From Candidatus Poriferihabitaceae bacterium (GTDB taxonomy: Bacteria; Pseudomonadota; Gammaproteobacteria; Arenicellales; Poriferihabitantaceae): a stretch of DNA of 64,000 nt. Below, piece by piece: positions 10,181 to 18,870 of this stretch (positions are counted from its first letter, which is position 1; each line of letters starts with the position of its first letter). The DNA lies in NCBI GenBank assembly GCA_965203365.1, contig OZ241878.1:3495503-3559502 (forward strand). Direction: 5' to 3'. The translations under genes and the position numbers were made by a program. Under the pieces are notes generated by a model. That model was not told the origin of the DNA. It saw nothing but the letters and a program-made list of their open reading frames with translations, and did not search any database.

Positions 10181-10435
10181 TTAATGGACGATGAATCCCA
10201 CCACGATAAACAGTGCGATACTCAACCCGGTACAGCCATATCCTACAAGATTCAGGAGAGAAGCACCGCGTTGGCTGACAAATCGGGCGGTTCCCATCCA
10301 GTTGGCGGCGGTGATCAAGACGGCTCCGACTATCGCCAGAACGATGATCACTGGCCTTGAATAGGCCAATGCGAGATCGCCTAGCAATCTGATGTCAGTT
10401 CGGGTTCCGGCGAGAAAAGGCCTCGAGAAAATCAC
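10181..10435 (-). CDS. small hydrophobic membrane protein (hypothetical)
   Basis: Two predicted TM spans (VIIVLAIVGAVLITAANW and GYGCTGLSIALFIVVGFIV). It sits 9 nt upstream of the ABC ATPase. The GTG start at 10435 overlaps the preceding gene. An alternative TTG at 10387 lies just after that gene's stop. Confidence 0.35.
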   Translation of the reverse strand: MIFSRPFLAGTRTDIRLLGDLALAYSRPVIIVLAIVGAVLITAANWMGTARFVSQRGASLLNLVGYGCTGLSIALFIVVGFIVH

Positions 10436-11273
10436 TTTGAGTATTGCGACCGCCCTTGAAGCTCTTCATGGCCTCGTCATGCAAGATTTCCAGGGCGGTA
10501 CTTTTGTAGCCGAAGGCTTCTTCCGAGGACAACATCTGAAAGTCGCGCGGCCTCGGGAGGTCAATGTTGAGAATTTGCCGCACTCGCGTCGGGCGATTGG
10601 ACAGAATAATCAGCTTGTCCGCCAGCAAGATCGCCTCTTCAATCTCGGAGGTCACAAACAGGTTGGTTCGCCGGTTCTCTTCGAATAGTCGCAAGAAGAA
10701 TTCCTGCATCAACTCTCTGGTCATGGCATCAAGGCCCCGAAAGGGTTCATCCATGATCAGCAATTGGGGATTGTTGATAATGGCTCTGGCCAGCTCGGCA
10801 CGACGCTGCATTCCACCGGACAATTGCAAGGGATATTTGTCCTTGAAATCATGTAAGCCGACCTTCTCGAGCAGTCGAATGGCTTCTTCATGAAGCAACT
10901 GTCGGTTCATGTCGCCACGGATTTTGGGGCCGAAGATCACATTTTGATAAGTGGTTTGCCAAGGCATGAGTGCGGTCTCCTGGAAGACCACAATCCGGTC
11001 ATGCGATGGCCCCGAGATCTTGCGGCCGTTCAGAAGAATCTCTCCGCGCTCGGGCATCTCGAATCCAGCTACCAAATTGACCAGTGTAGACTTTCCGCAC
11101 CCCGATGGACCGACTACCGCCGTGAGCTTTCCTGGTTCCACTTCCATACTCAGATCAAGCACAACATCTTGCCAGTTCCATTCTTCGCCATAGCCCTTGC
11201 AGACTCCCTTGAAAATGATATGTCCTTCGCTGCTAGCCTCCGACGGGGTGGCCGATTTTGGATTTTGTGCCAT
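10395..11273 (-). CDS. ABC importer ATP-binding protein, nitrate/sulfonate/taurine (NitT/TauT) type, copy 2
   Basis: Walker A GPSGCGKST, signature LSGGMQRR, Walker B LLIMDEP. I chose the ATG at 11273 (MAQNPKS...) because the longer ORF would overlap the upstream permease. Confidence 0.9.
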   Translation of the reverse strand: MAQNPKSATPSEASSEGHIIFKGVCKGYGEEWNWQDVVLDLSMEVEPGKLTAVVGPSGCGKSTLVNLVAGFEMPERGEILLNGRKISGPSHDRIVVFQETALMPWQTTYQNVIFGPKIRGDMNRQLLHEEAIRLLEKVGLHDFKDKYPLQLSGGMQRRAELARAIINNPQLLIMDEPFRGLDAMTRELMQEFFLRLFEENRRTNLFVTSEIEEAILLADKLIILSNRPTRVRQILNIDLPRPRDFQMLSSEEAFGYKSTALEILHDEAMKSFKGGRNTQSDFLEAFSRRNPN

Positions 11274-11304
11274 GATATGGCTTATCGTGTTGGATGTGGA
11301 AGGG

Positions 11305-12162
11305 TTAGAACAATCTTCGCCATGGCATGCTGCGGTCACCAATCCAGCGGATCGCACTGCTGGACAGATATCCTGCGATACCAATGCTGACCATGCCGAC
11401 GACAATCTGTTCCAAGGACCCCCCCATGTAGGAATTCCAGATGAAAAAGCCGAGTCCGCCACCGCCTTGTGTTCCACCCCCGGAAATCATTTCCGCCGCC
11501 AAAACCACCTCCCAAGTGATACCCATGCCGACCGCTGCACCGGTAAAGATGGATGGTAAGGTGGCGGGCAGAACAATGCGCCAGAACATATCCCAGCGTG
11601 TGGCCCCCATTGATTGGGCTGCCCTCAGCAGTCGGATATCGATACTCCGGGCACCCCCGAGGACATTGATCACGATGGTGAAGAATGCCCCGAGAAACGT
11701 CACAAAGGCAATGGACATTTCATTGGTGGGCCAGAATATCAGTGAACCGGGCACCCAAGCCAAGGGTGGGATGGGCCTGAGCACCTCAAAGGGAGGGAAA
11801 AAGATTTCCCGCAGATATCGACTCACCGCCAGCAACAAACCAAATGGAATGCCAATGAGCATGGCGGCCAGAAAGCCCTGCAGTACCCTACGGAAACTCA
11901 AGTACCAACTTTCCCAGTATCCATATTGTGGAATAACTTCAGCCCATGCCACGACCACGGCGGTGGGCGGAGGAATCAGCCCCAGAAACGGCAACTGGTG
12001 GCCGAACCACTCATCCCATCGCGAGCCGATTTCCCAGAGGATCAGGGTGATCATCACGGCGAAGACCCCACGCCAGAACTTGCTGCTTTGTCTGATCTTC
12101 TCCCAGTGTGTCCTTTCAAACGACCCGCTTGTGGCACTGGGACCTTGTGTCGTGGTGGTCAT
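11305..12162 (-). CDS. ABC importer permease (NitT/TauT type), copy 2
   Basis: Multi-span membrane protein. It has an EAA-like loop region (RAAQSMGATRWDMFWRIVLP) typical of binding-protein-dependent permeases. Confidence 0.85.
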   Translation of the reverse strand: MTTTTQGPSATSGSFERTHWEKIRQSSKFWRGVFAVMITLILWEIGSRWDEWFGHQLPFLGLIPPPTAVVVAWAEVIPQYGYWESWYLSFRRVLQGFLAAMLIGIPFGLLLAVSRYLREIFFPPFEVLRPIPPLAWVPGSLIFWPTNEMSIAFVTFLGAFFTIVINVLGGARSIDIRLLRAAQSMGATRWDMFWRIVLPATLPSIFTGAAVGMGITWEVVLAAEMISGGGTQGGGGLGFFIWNSYMGGSLEQIVVGMVSIGIAGYLSSSAIRWIGDRSMPWRRLF

Positions 12163-12194
12163 CTCTTTTCGCTATCTATCGGCAACTTGTTCTG

Positions 12195-13049
12195 TCAGGC
12201 CAATTCGCGTTCACCAGCCTCGAATGCCTTCAGGGCCTCCTCGTGCACCGCTTCGCTGGTTTTATCCATCAGATGTCGGAATGCTTCCGACGACAGGACG
12301 TGGTAATCCCTCGGCCGGGGGATGGACACATTCAGGATCTTCTTGGTTTTGCAGGGCCGTGTGGTCATCACCACGACCCGGTCCCCAAGAAAAATCGCTT
12401 CTTCCAGGTCGTGTGTGATGAAGAACATGGTGACACGGGTGCGGTCGTACATCTCCAGCAGTGCTTCGTGCATGATGGATTTGGTCAATTCATCCATGGC
12501 GCGATACGGTTCATCCAACAACAGGACTTTGGGGTCGTTGATCAGCGCCCGAACGATCTCTGCACGGCGCGCCATGCCGGATGAGACTTCTCCCGGATAC
12601 TTCTCCAGAAAATCCCCCAATCCTGCCTCGTCCAGCATATGGCGGGCTTTCTCGCGAGCTTCGGTCTTTTCCAACTTGCCTTGGACGAGGGGGCCATAGG
12701 CGACATTGTCCGTCAGGGTTTTCCAAGGGAACAGCGCTCCGTTTTGAAATACCACGACCCGGTCTGCACCCTGATTGGCCTGAGGCTTGTTGGGTCCGCA
12801 TAGCAGTTGACTATCCAGAAAGATTTCCCCCATGGTGATGGAGTGAAATCCCGCGATGGCATTCAGTAATGTGGTCTTGCCGCATCCACTGGGCCCTACG
12901 ACCATGCAGACTTCGCCGGCCGCGATTTCAAGGGAGCAATCATCGACCGCCAACACATTCACTCCCTCTGGATCATAGATCTTGGTGACGTTGCGAATGC
13001 TGATCGCACCCTGGGTCTGTACTGGCGGCTCTTCGGAATGACTGCTCAT
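12195..13049 (-). CDS. ABC importer ATP-binding protein (NitT/TauT type), copy 1
   Basis: Walker A GPSGCGKTT, signature VSSGMARR, Walker B VLLLDEP. I chose the ATG at 13049 (MSSHSEEPP), 8 nt downstream of the upstream permease stop. Confidence 0.9.
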   Translation of the reverse strand: MSSHSEEPPVQTQGAISIRNVTKIYDPEGVNVLAVDDCSLEIAAGEVCMVVGPSGCGKTTLLNAIAGFHSITMGEIFLDSQLLCGPNKPQANQGADRVVVFQNGALFPWKTLTDNVAYGPLVQGKLEKTEAREKARHMLDEAGLGDFLEKYPGEVSSGMARRAEIVRALINDPKVLLLDEPYRAMDELTKSIMHEALLEMYDRTRVTMFFITHDLEEAIFLGDRVVVMTTRPCKTKKILNVSIPRPRDYHVLSSEAFRHLMDKTSEAVHEEALKAFEAGERELA

Positions 13050-13057
13050 ATGTCTCG

Positions 13058-13939
13058 CTACCGGTTTTCCATCGCCAGGGCCCGAGTCCGCCATTGCATC
13101 ATTCGACTGCCAACGATTCTCACGATTACGGAAGTCCCCCAGCCGACAAACCCCAATGTCACCATGCCAATGACCATTGGAATGGTCACGTTATTCATAT
13201 AGGCGTCGATAATCAGATAACCCAAGCCGTAATCCCCGGAAACCATTTCGGCCGCCACCAAGGAAAACCAGGCCACTCCCACGCTAATTTGCAGGCCCGT
13301 GAAGATGAAGGGTAGAGCGCCGGGCACCACGACATGAAAGAAGACATGATGTGGCTTGGAGCCTAGGCACCCTGCGGCCCGGAAATAGGCCTCATCAATG
13401 GAATCGACGCCAAGTAGCGTGTTCAGTGTGGTGACGTACAAAGAAGCGAGCGTCGCGAGAAAGATGACCGGTCCTTCGAAACCGCGGAACATCAAGATGG
13501 CCAAGGGCACCCAAGCGAGTATGGGGATTGGCCTCAAGGTCTCCAGCAAGGGGAAGGTATATTCCCGAAAACGCCTGGACCACCCCATGCAAAGTCCCAG
13601 AGGCACACCGACACCGGTTGCGATGCAGAAGGCATAGAAGATGCGTCGACAGCTCACATAGACATGCTGATAAAACTCTTGGGTGAATATGGAGATTCCG
13701 AGAAAGGGCTCGGGTGCAAACAACTCCTTCAGCACCATAACCGGCCCCGGCATTTTTTCAAACCGAGGCGCTTTCAGCACTTCACACAACATCCACCAGA
13801 CGAACAACCACAGCGTAATACCCGCGACCGCCAGATAGGGAGAGGATTTTCTCAGGTTTCGCTTCAGGCGAAACAGGAATACTCGTAGACCGGTGGGATG
13901 CGGGCCACCCTGATTGGTGATTGCCTCGGTATCAGCCAT
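13058..13939 (-). CDS. ABC importer permease (NitT/TauT type), copy 1
   Basis: Multi-span membrane protein with the EAA-like loop FRAAGCLGSKPHHVFFHVVVP. Confidence 0.85.
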   Translation of the reverse strand: MADTEAITNQGGPHPTGLRVFLFRLKRNLRKSSPYLAVAGITLWLFVWWMLCEVLKAPRFEKMPGPVMVLKELFAPEPFLGISIFTQEFYQHVYVSCRRIFYAFCIATGVGVPLGLCMGWSRRFREYTFPLLETLRPIPILAWVPLAILMFRGFEGPVIFLATLASLYVTTLNTLLGVDSIDEAYFRAAGCLGSKPHHVFFHVVVPGALPFIFTGLQISVGVAWFSLVAAEMVSGDYGLGYLIIDAYMNNVTIPMVIGMVTLGFVGWGTSVIVRIVGSRMMQWRTRALAMENR

Positions 13940-14097
13940 GGCCTTTCATCGGAAGGAGGGTGTGAGTCGGGTCGGGCGGCACAATCCAATGCCATTCATC
14001 AGGTGATGAATGGCAGGAATCGCCTGTCGTTTCAAGTGGGGCCGGGTGGCGGAGCATGGATGCTGCCCCCGGCCCCAAGAAATCCGACCGATTAGAG

Positions 14098-15228
14098 TCA
14101 GTCGGACGCTTTGATCACTCCCAGGGGACTGCTCAGTCCCCGGGCTTCCAGAACCTCACGAGCTACCGCATCCGTCACGCCACCAGGTCGAATATTGGGT
14201 TCGGCGGCCGGCTTTTTGGGCAGGCTGTAGAGGAAGGCAGTGGCATCATCCAGCAGGGACTGTACCCGGTCATTCACGATGAAATCCAATTGCACCTTAA
14301 CGTCTCCGCCTCCCTGATTTTTAGGCCAGCCCCCGAACATGGCATGTTTCAGGACCTTCCGGTCAATTTTCTCGGTTTGGGATTCAGCGAGTGCTGCCAC
14401 TTCGTCGGCATTGGCGGGATCCGCCATGAACAGTTGGGCATCCAATTCCGCTTCCAGCCATCCACGATGCACATCCGGCCGCTGGGAGATCAGATCATTC
14501 AGCATGACCATGAAGGCCCCGTCCAAGGCATCAAAGTCTTCCCCACTCGCGGCACGACGGGCAATGCCTGACATCACGATCTTGGAAGCAGTGGGTTCCC
14601 AGATTGCTGCCGCATCCAGCTTTCCAGCACGGAAATTGGTCGTGATGACCTCAATATTCTGGTTGAGATATCGCTTTGGTTCGATACCCGCCTGTTGAAA
14701 CGCTAGCCGAGCGAATCGGTCGGTACAAGCACCATGAGGAGCAGAAGTGGTTTTTCCATCCATCCACTTCACTGCCTCCACCCCGTTAGCGAATTCCGGG
14801 GCATCGTTGCGGACCAGGAAAATGTTGCATTGCTGCTTTGAGGTCCCCAAGGCTGCCACAATACGAATGTCAGTCCCGCCCCTTTCCTGGATGTTGCGGA
14901 AGGTGGAAGCAATGGCTGGCATGTCCCCCATGTAACCAATATGTTGTTTTTCACCGGTCATCGCATTGACGATGACAGAACCTTGGAGGCCAATCTGGAA
15001 TTCGGCGGTGGAGCCTTCTGGCAAATGCTTTTTCCACATCTGCTTGCCGTTATTGACGACACCGGACCAGGATTCGGTATAGTAAGGTTGATAACCGATC
15101 ACCAAATTGACGGGCTCGCCCGGAGAGCCAAAGTCCACGTCAGCGTGTGCGGATTGAGCTAGCCCGAAAGAGATGGCCAACACCGCACCAAGTGCAGCGG
15201 TGATTCGGCAGTAGGTTGTTCTCATCAT
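14098..15228 (-). CDS. periplasmic substrate-binding protein of sulfonate/nitrate (SsuA/TauA/NMT1-like) type
   Basis: GAGGAG Shine-Dalgarno 7 nt before the ATG at 15228. Signal peptide MMRTTYCRITAALGAVLAISFGLAQSAHA. The body is NMT1/SsuA-like (VNLVIGYQPYY...). It lies directly downstream of the msm oxygenase genes. Confidence 0.8.
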   Translation of the reverse strand: MMRTTYCRITAALGAVLAISFGLAQSAHADVDFGSPGEPVNLVIGYQPYYTESWSGVVNNGKQMWKKHLPEGSTAEFQIGLQGSVIVNAMTGEKQHIGYMGDMPAIASTFRNIQERGGTDIRIVAALGTSKQQCNIFLVRNDAPEFANGVEAVKWMDGKTTSAPHGACTDRFARLAFQQAGIEPKRYLNQNIEVITTNFRAGKLDAAAIWEPTASKIVMSGIARRAASGEDFDALDGAFMVMLNDLISQRPDVHRGWLEAELDAQLFMADPANADEVAALAESQTEKIDRKVLKHAMFGGWPKNQGGGDVKVQLDFIVNDRVQSLLDDATAFLYSLPKKPAAEPNIRPGGVTDAVAREVLEARGLSSPLGVIKASD

Positions 15229-15468
15229 GCTGATCTCCTCTTTGATCGTGTTTGTGTATGGTGTTGCTTTTTCCCCATTCCGACGATTCAAAGAATCTGT
15301 ACGCAATGTGGTGACCTTGTAATCTCAAACCATCCAGAGCGATTTGTAAAATGATTCAAGTCAATTAAGCGATTGCCACAAACTATCAACTTGTCCGGTC
15401 GGCATTTCTTCGGTCTGCATAGGTATGTTGCGGGTCGGTCGGGGGGGATTGGTTCAGTCATCATCTGG

Positions 15469-16569
15469 TCAGGAGAACTTGTCGTAACGAATGCGACTGG
15501 GTGGAACCCGGGCTTCGAGAATCAAGGACCGGATCGCGCCATCTACCATTGGGGGCGGTCCGGCTAGATAGACCATCAGGTTGTCCCGAGAAGAGGAATC
15601 TTCATTGAGAGAAGCTATCGCCACTTCGTGCACGAAACCGGTCGACCAATTCAGTTCCGATGGCAAAGCGTTTCGGTCCAGATGGGCTTCGTGGGAAAAG
15701 ACAACGGTCACGGTCAGGTTTCCTGCCAAATCGGATTGCAATTTGCATAGTCGATCCATGAAAAACAGGTCCTTGGTCGTCCGCACGCCAAAAAACAGGT
15801 GGGCCTGTCGATTTTGCAGATGGTTGCTGGTCTGGGCGTGGGATAGGATCGACAGCAGTCCGGCGATCCCTGAACCACCCCCAATCAGCCATAAGGAACA
15901 ACCCTCGTCGGGATGGAAGGTGGCTCGCCCCAAGGGGCCGAATGCGTGGATGCCTTCTACGGATTTATGGCAGTGGAATGCCCATTCGGAAAACCCGCCC
16001 CCAGATAATCGTTTGATGACAAACTCCAGTCGGTGGGTACGGTCGGCGTAATTGACCATGGAGTAGGCGCGAAATCCTGGCAGGTTCGGCGCCTGTAAGA
16101 CAAAATACTGGCCCGCGTGGAAGTGTACCGGTTCGGGGAATTGGGCGAAGAACCTCCGGATGTCTCGTGCGGGTTCACTCCAGTCACCTATCGTGACGAT
16201 CTGGTGATCCGGACTGATGTCATCATGGCGAAACGGGTGCATGTCCCCGGAGATGCCGATCTTGCACCGGGTGGATGCCGTCGCTTGGCACAGCAGGAAT
16301 TCATGCCGTTTTGGCTTGAGGGTTTTCTTTCCGGGCGCATTCTCCCAGCCCGAATGGATCTCGCCTTCTTTCAGTCTTCCCTTGCAGGTTCCACAAGTGC
16401 CGGTTGCGCATTCATACGGCAGGGGAAGTCCGGCGCGCAATCCGGCGTACAAGAGTTTCTCTCCGGGATAGGCCTCAAAAGTGTCGGATTGCGTCTTATT
16501 GCCGATCTCGATCAGCATGGGGATAAGGCAAGAAAGGGGGCTAGGGTCGTCGTGGGTATCCCGTCTCAC
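15469..16569 (-). CDS. msmD: oxygenase reductase component: plant-type 2Fe-2S ferredoxin domain fused to an FNR-like FAD/NAD(P)H domain (MsmD-like)
   Basis: Cys cluster CATGTCGTCKG, the FAD-binding RAYSMV (RxYS) motif, and the NAD-binding GGGSGIAG motif. The GTG start abuts the msmC stop (TGAGTG). An alternative start is the ATG at 16518. Confidence 0.8.
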   Translation of the reverse strand: MRRDTHDDPSPLSCLIPMLIEIGNKTQSDTFEAYPGEKLLYAGLRAGLPLPYECATGTCGTCKGRLKEGEIHSGWENAPGKKTLKPKRHEFLLCQATASTRCKIGISGDMHPFRHDDISPDHQIVTIGDWSEPARDIRRFFAQFPEPVHFHAGQYFVLQAPNLPGFRAYSMVNYADRTHRLEFVIKRLSGGGFSEWAFHCHKSVEGIHAFGPLGRATFHPDEGCSLWLIGGGSGIAGLLSILSHAQTSNHLQNRQAHLFFGVRTTKDLFFMDRLCKLQSDLAGNLTVTVVFSHEAHLDRNALPSELNWSTGFVHEVAIASLNEDSSSRDNLMVYLAGPPPMVDGAIRSLILEARVPPSRIRYDKFS

Positions 16570-16914
16570 TCAGTCGTCATCGTCGTCAAAATCATATTCC
16601 AGCTCCTGGTCCAGATACACCATGACTTGATCCCCCTCTTGCTTCACGTCATACATCAGTAGGGGTTTTTCCGCCGGACCGAGGGTTTCTCCAGTCCCCA
16701 TGTTCCATTGCCAGAGATGTTTGGTACAGGTCATGACGCCATTTTGGCAGATGGCCGATTCGTGCAGCGGTTCTTCCATATGCGGGCACATGGTCGGGTA
16801 GGCACGATAGCCATCATCAATGTGGGCAATCAGGATTCTGATTCCATCCACTTCAAATTGTTTGACCGTATCAATGGCGACATCGGCCGCGGCACAAACT
16901 GCTTTCCAAGTCAT
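16570..16914 (-). CDS. msmC: Rieske-type [2Fe-2S] ferredoxin component (MsmC-like)
   Basis: CPH-X17-CTKH, counted in MCPHMEEPLHESAICQNGVMTCTKHLWQW. Small acidic protein with a DDDDD tail. Confidence 0.85.
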   Translation of the reverse strand: MTWKAVCAAADVAIDTVKQFEVDGIRILIAHIDDGYRAYPTMCPHMEEPLHESAICQNGVMTCTKHLWQWNMGTGETLGPAEKPLLMYDVKQEGDQVMVYLDQELEYDFDDDDD

Positions 16915-16955
16915 AAAGGCAACCGGTTGGCAAATGGTTCGACTGGTGGTGTCAT

Positions 16956-17453
16956 TTAGATAGGGTAATGGGTTCCCTTGTCGAGACGTCGGTTTTGCAA
17001 CCTGACTTCACGTTCGGAAAATTTCACCTCCCCGTCGTCAATGGAAAACCGGTCATGGTAGCGACCAATGAGGAACAGATTCGAACTGCCGGCGTCCACA
17101 TGGGAATTGATGCCGTCCAGAAGGGTTTGATAGACCGCCAGAGAGGTGGTGGCGGTGGCGGATGCGCCGTCTTCAGCCACTTGGACATCGTAAACCGTGC
17201 AATGGCGTGTCAAGGGCGAATGGTCTGAATTGTGCTTGGGCAGCATATCGACCATTGAACGCATATGTTCACGACTTCCGCTGAGATAGGTCATATCCGA
17301 GCTGATTTCCGGGCTGTACACCCGGATCGCATATTCGAATCCGTCATCACAGGCGTCCAGCCATCCATGCCAGTTGAGGTCGTCAAGGTGGAGGCAGGTT
17401 CGATAAATGAGGGATTTGATTTTCTCGATAATTTCGGCATTGTGCGCAGACAT
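16956..17453 (-). CDS. msmB: Rieske oxygenase small (beta) subunit (MsmB-like)
   Basis: Size and sequence are those of a ring-hydroxylating beta subunit (SnoaL-like): LHLDDLNWHGWLDACDDGFEY...FLIGRYHDRF. It lies between the alpha-subunit and ferredoxin genes. Confidence 0.8.
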   Translation of the reverse strand: MSAHNAEIIEKIKSLIYRTCLHLDDLNWHGWLDACDDGFEYAIRVYSPEISSDMTYLSGSREHMRSMVDMLPKHNSDHSPLTRHCTVYDVQVAEDGASATATTSLAVYQTLLDGINSHVDAGSSNLFLIGRYHDRFSIDDGEVKFSEREVRLQNRRLDKGTHYPI

Positions 17454-17543
17454 TTTTTCTCATTCAGGGTTCCACGTGACGGCACAACCAATCGCAGTGC
17501 TTGGGCGCCGCCGGGTGGGATGCATTCAGTTGGAAGCTTCGAA

Positions 17544-18818
17544 TCAGGCGTGGGCTCTTTGGTCAACTGCGATGGACTGGGGGATCTGGTAGGCCTCGAA
17601 CACCTCGTCCGGATTGCTGGGCGAACGGTCCAGCCAGCGGCCCCATTCCTCATAGTAATGACGCATTCCGTTTTCATCATGAATGGTTTCGTTTTCATGG
17701 CGGCCATGCAGGATCAGTCGACTTTCGGCGGTCGGATGCATGCAGGCCCCTTGTGCGGTGACCGCCAACAGGTCTTCATGCAGATTGCGCCCGAATGGTC
17801 CCCATATGCTGTTGTGGTGTTCAATCCGGCTTTGGCGTTCCTCCGGTGTGTCACTGGCCAGACCGAGGCCACGGAATTCGATCAGCACCTTGTCTGGTCC
17901 CAGCGGGGTCATCAGGTCACATCTGAGGGCGGAACCACGAAGGTTGAAATTGACCCCGGGAAACATGTCGATCATATACCAGTGATTGGGTGGTAGATGA
18001 GGGAAAGACAGGGTTTCGCGGGACTCGAATCCCTGATACTTGTCGTACTGAACCTCAAAGCTGCCAACATTGATGTGGCCATTTCGAAACCCTGAGTTCT
18101 TGCGGGCGAAATACGCATCGTTGAAGCCCGTAATTCGATTGTGATAGTGCAGGAAGTCGTGATAGAACTCGCAGTTGGTGTCGTGCCATAACTTGTAGTT
18201 GCAAGGAATGATGGCCTTGTGATAGTGGAATATTTCCAACGGCTCCTCATCCAGCGAAGGCCGCAGGCAGTCCAAGGCCCCCGCCGCCCACTCTTTCACA
18301 CTCATGGGATTCTCGTCATCCAGTGTGACCCACACAAAACCACCAAAATGGATTTCCGTATTGAGTTCTCTGAGCCCCACATCCTGTCGCTTGAGACGGT
18401 CTTGATACCCTTCCTGCTGCCGGGAGATATAGACACAGCGCCCCTTCATGTCGAATTGCCAGGCATGGAACATGCAGGTCATATGCCGGGGGGTGCCAGA
18501 GGGTGAACCCTCCAGAAAACTACCGGAGGGCCGACGTTCGATCATGTTGCCGCGGTGCGGACAGACATTCAGGAAGGAGCGTACCTTCATGTCCTTGCCG
18601 CGGACCACAATGATTGGTTCGCGGGCCAAGGTCACCGTCCGAAAATCATAGGCATTTTTCAGTTCGGATTCGTGGCAGACGGGAATCCAAGCCTTTTTCC
18701 AGATCTTATCGAGTTCTTCCTCGAAGATGGCGTGATCGGAATAGATCCTGCTGTCCACCCACTCACCCTTGGCGAGTTTGGGCGGTGCAGTCCATTGTGC
18801 GTGATTTCTTGAAGTCAT
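17544..18818 (-). CDS. msmA: methanesulfonate monooxygenase hydroxylase large subunit (Rieske oxygenase alpha)
   Basis: Rieske ligands CPH and CMFH are separated by 26 residues (RGNMIERRPSGSFLEGSPSGTPRHMT), the spacing reported as the MsmA hallmark. Ordinary Rieske oxygenases have about 16-18. A mononuclear-iron region, WHDTNCEFYHDFLHYH, follows. Confidence 0.85.
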   Translation of the reverse strand: MTSRNHAQWTAPPKLAKGEWVDSRIYSDHAIFEEELDKIWKKAWIPVCHESELKNAYDFRTVTLAREPIIVVRGKDMKVRSFLNVCPHRGNMIERRPSGSFLEGSPSGTPRHMTCMFHAWQFDMKGRCVYISRQQEGYQDRLKRQDVGLRELNTEIHFGGFVWVTLDDENPMSVKEWAAGALDCLRPSLDEEPLEIFHYHKAIIPCNYKLWHDTNCEFYHDFLHYHNRITGFNDAYFARKNSGFRNGHINVGSFEVQYDKYQGFESRETLSFPHLPPNHWYMIDMFPGVNFNLRGSALRCDLMTPLGPDKVLIEFRGLGLASDTPEERQSRIEHHNSIWGPFGRNLHEDLLAVTAQGACMHPTAESRLILHGRHENETIHDENGMRHYYEEWGRWLDRSPSNPDEVFEAYQIPQSIAVDQRAHA

Positions 18819-18870
18819 GACAGGGTTCGTTGTTGAATTTCGAATGTGCCGCCGACAGTGGATATCGCAC

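Noticed and set aside
11441-12418. 325-aa plus-strand ORF across the ABC permease/ATPase boundary
   Set aside because: It is antisense to two ABC genes that have Walker and EAA motifs, and it spans their intergenic junction. That is not expected of a real gene.
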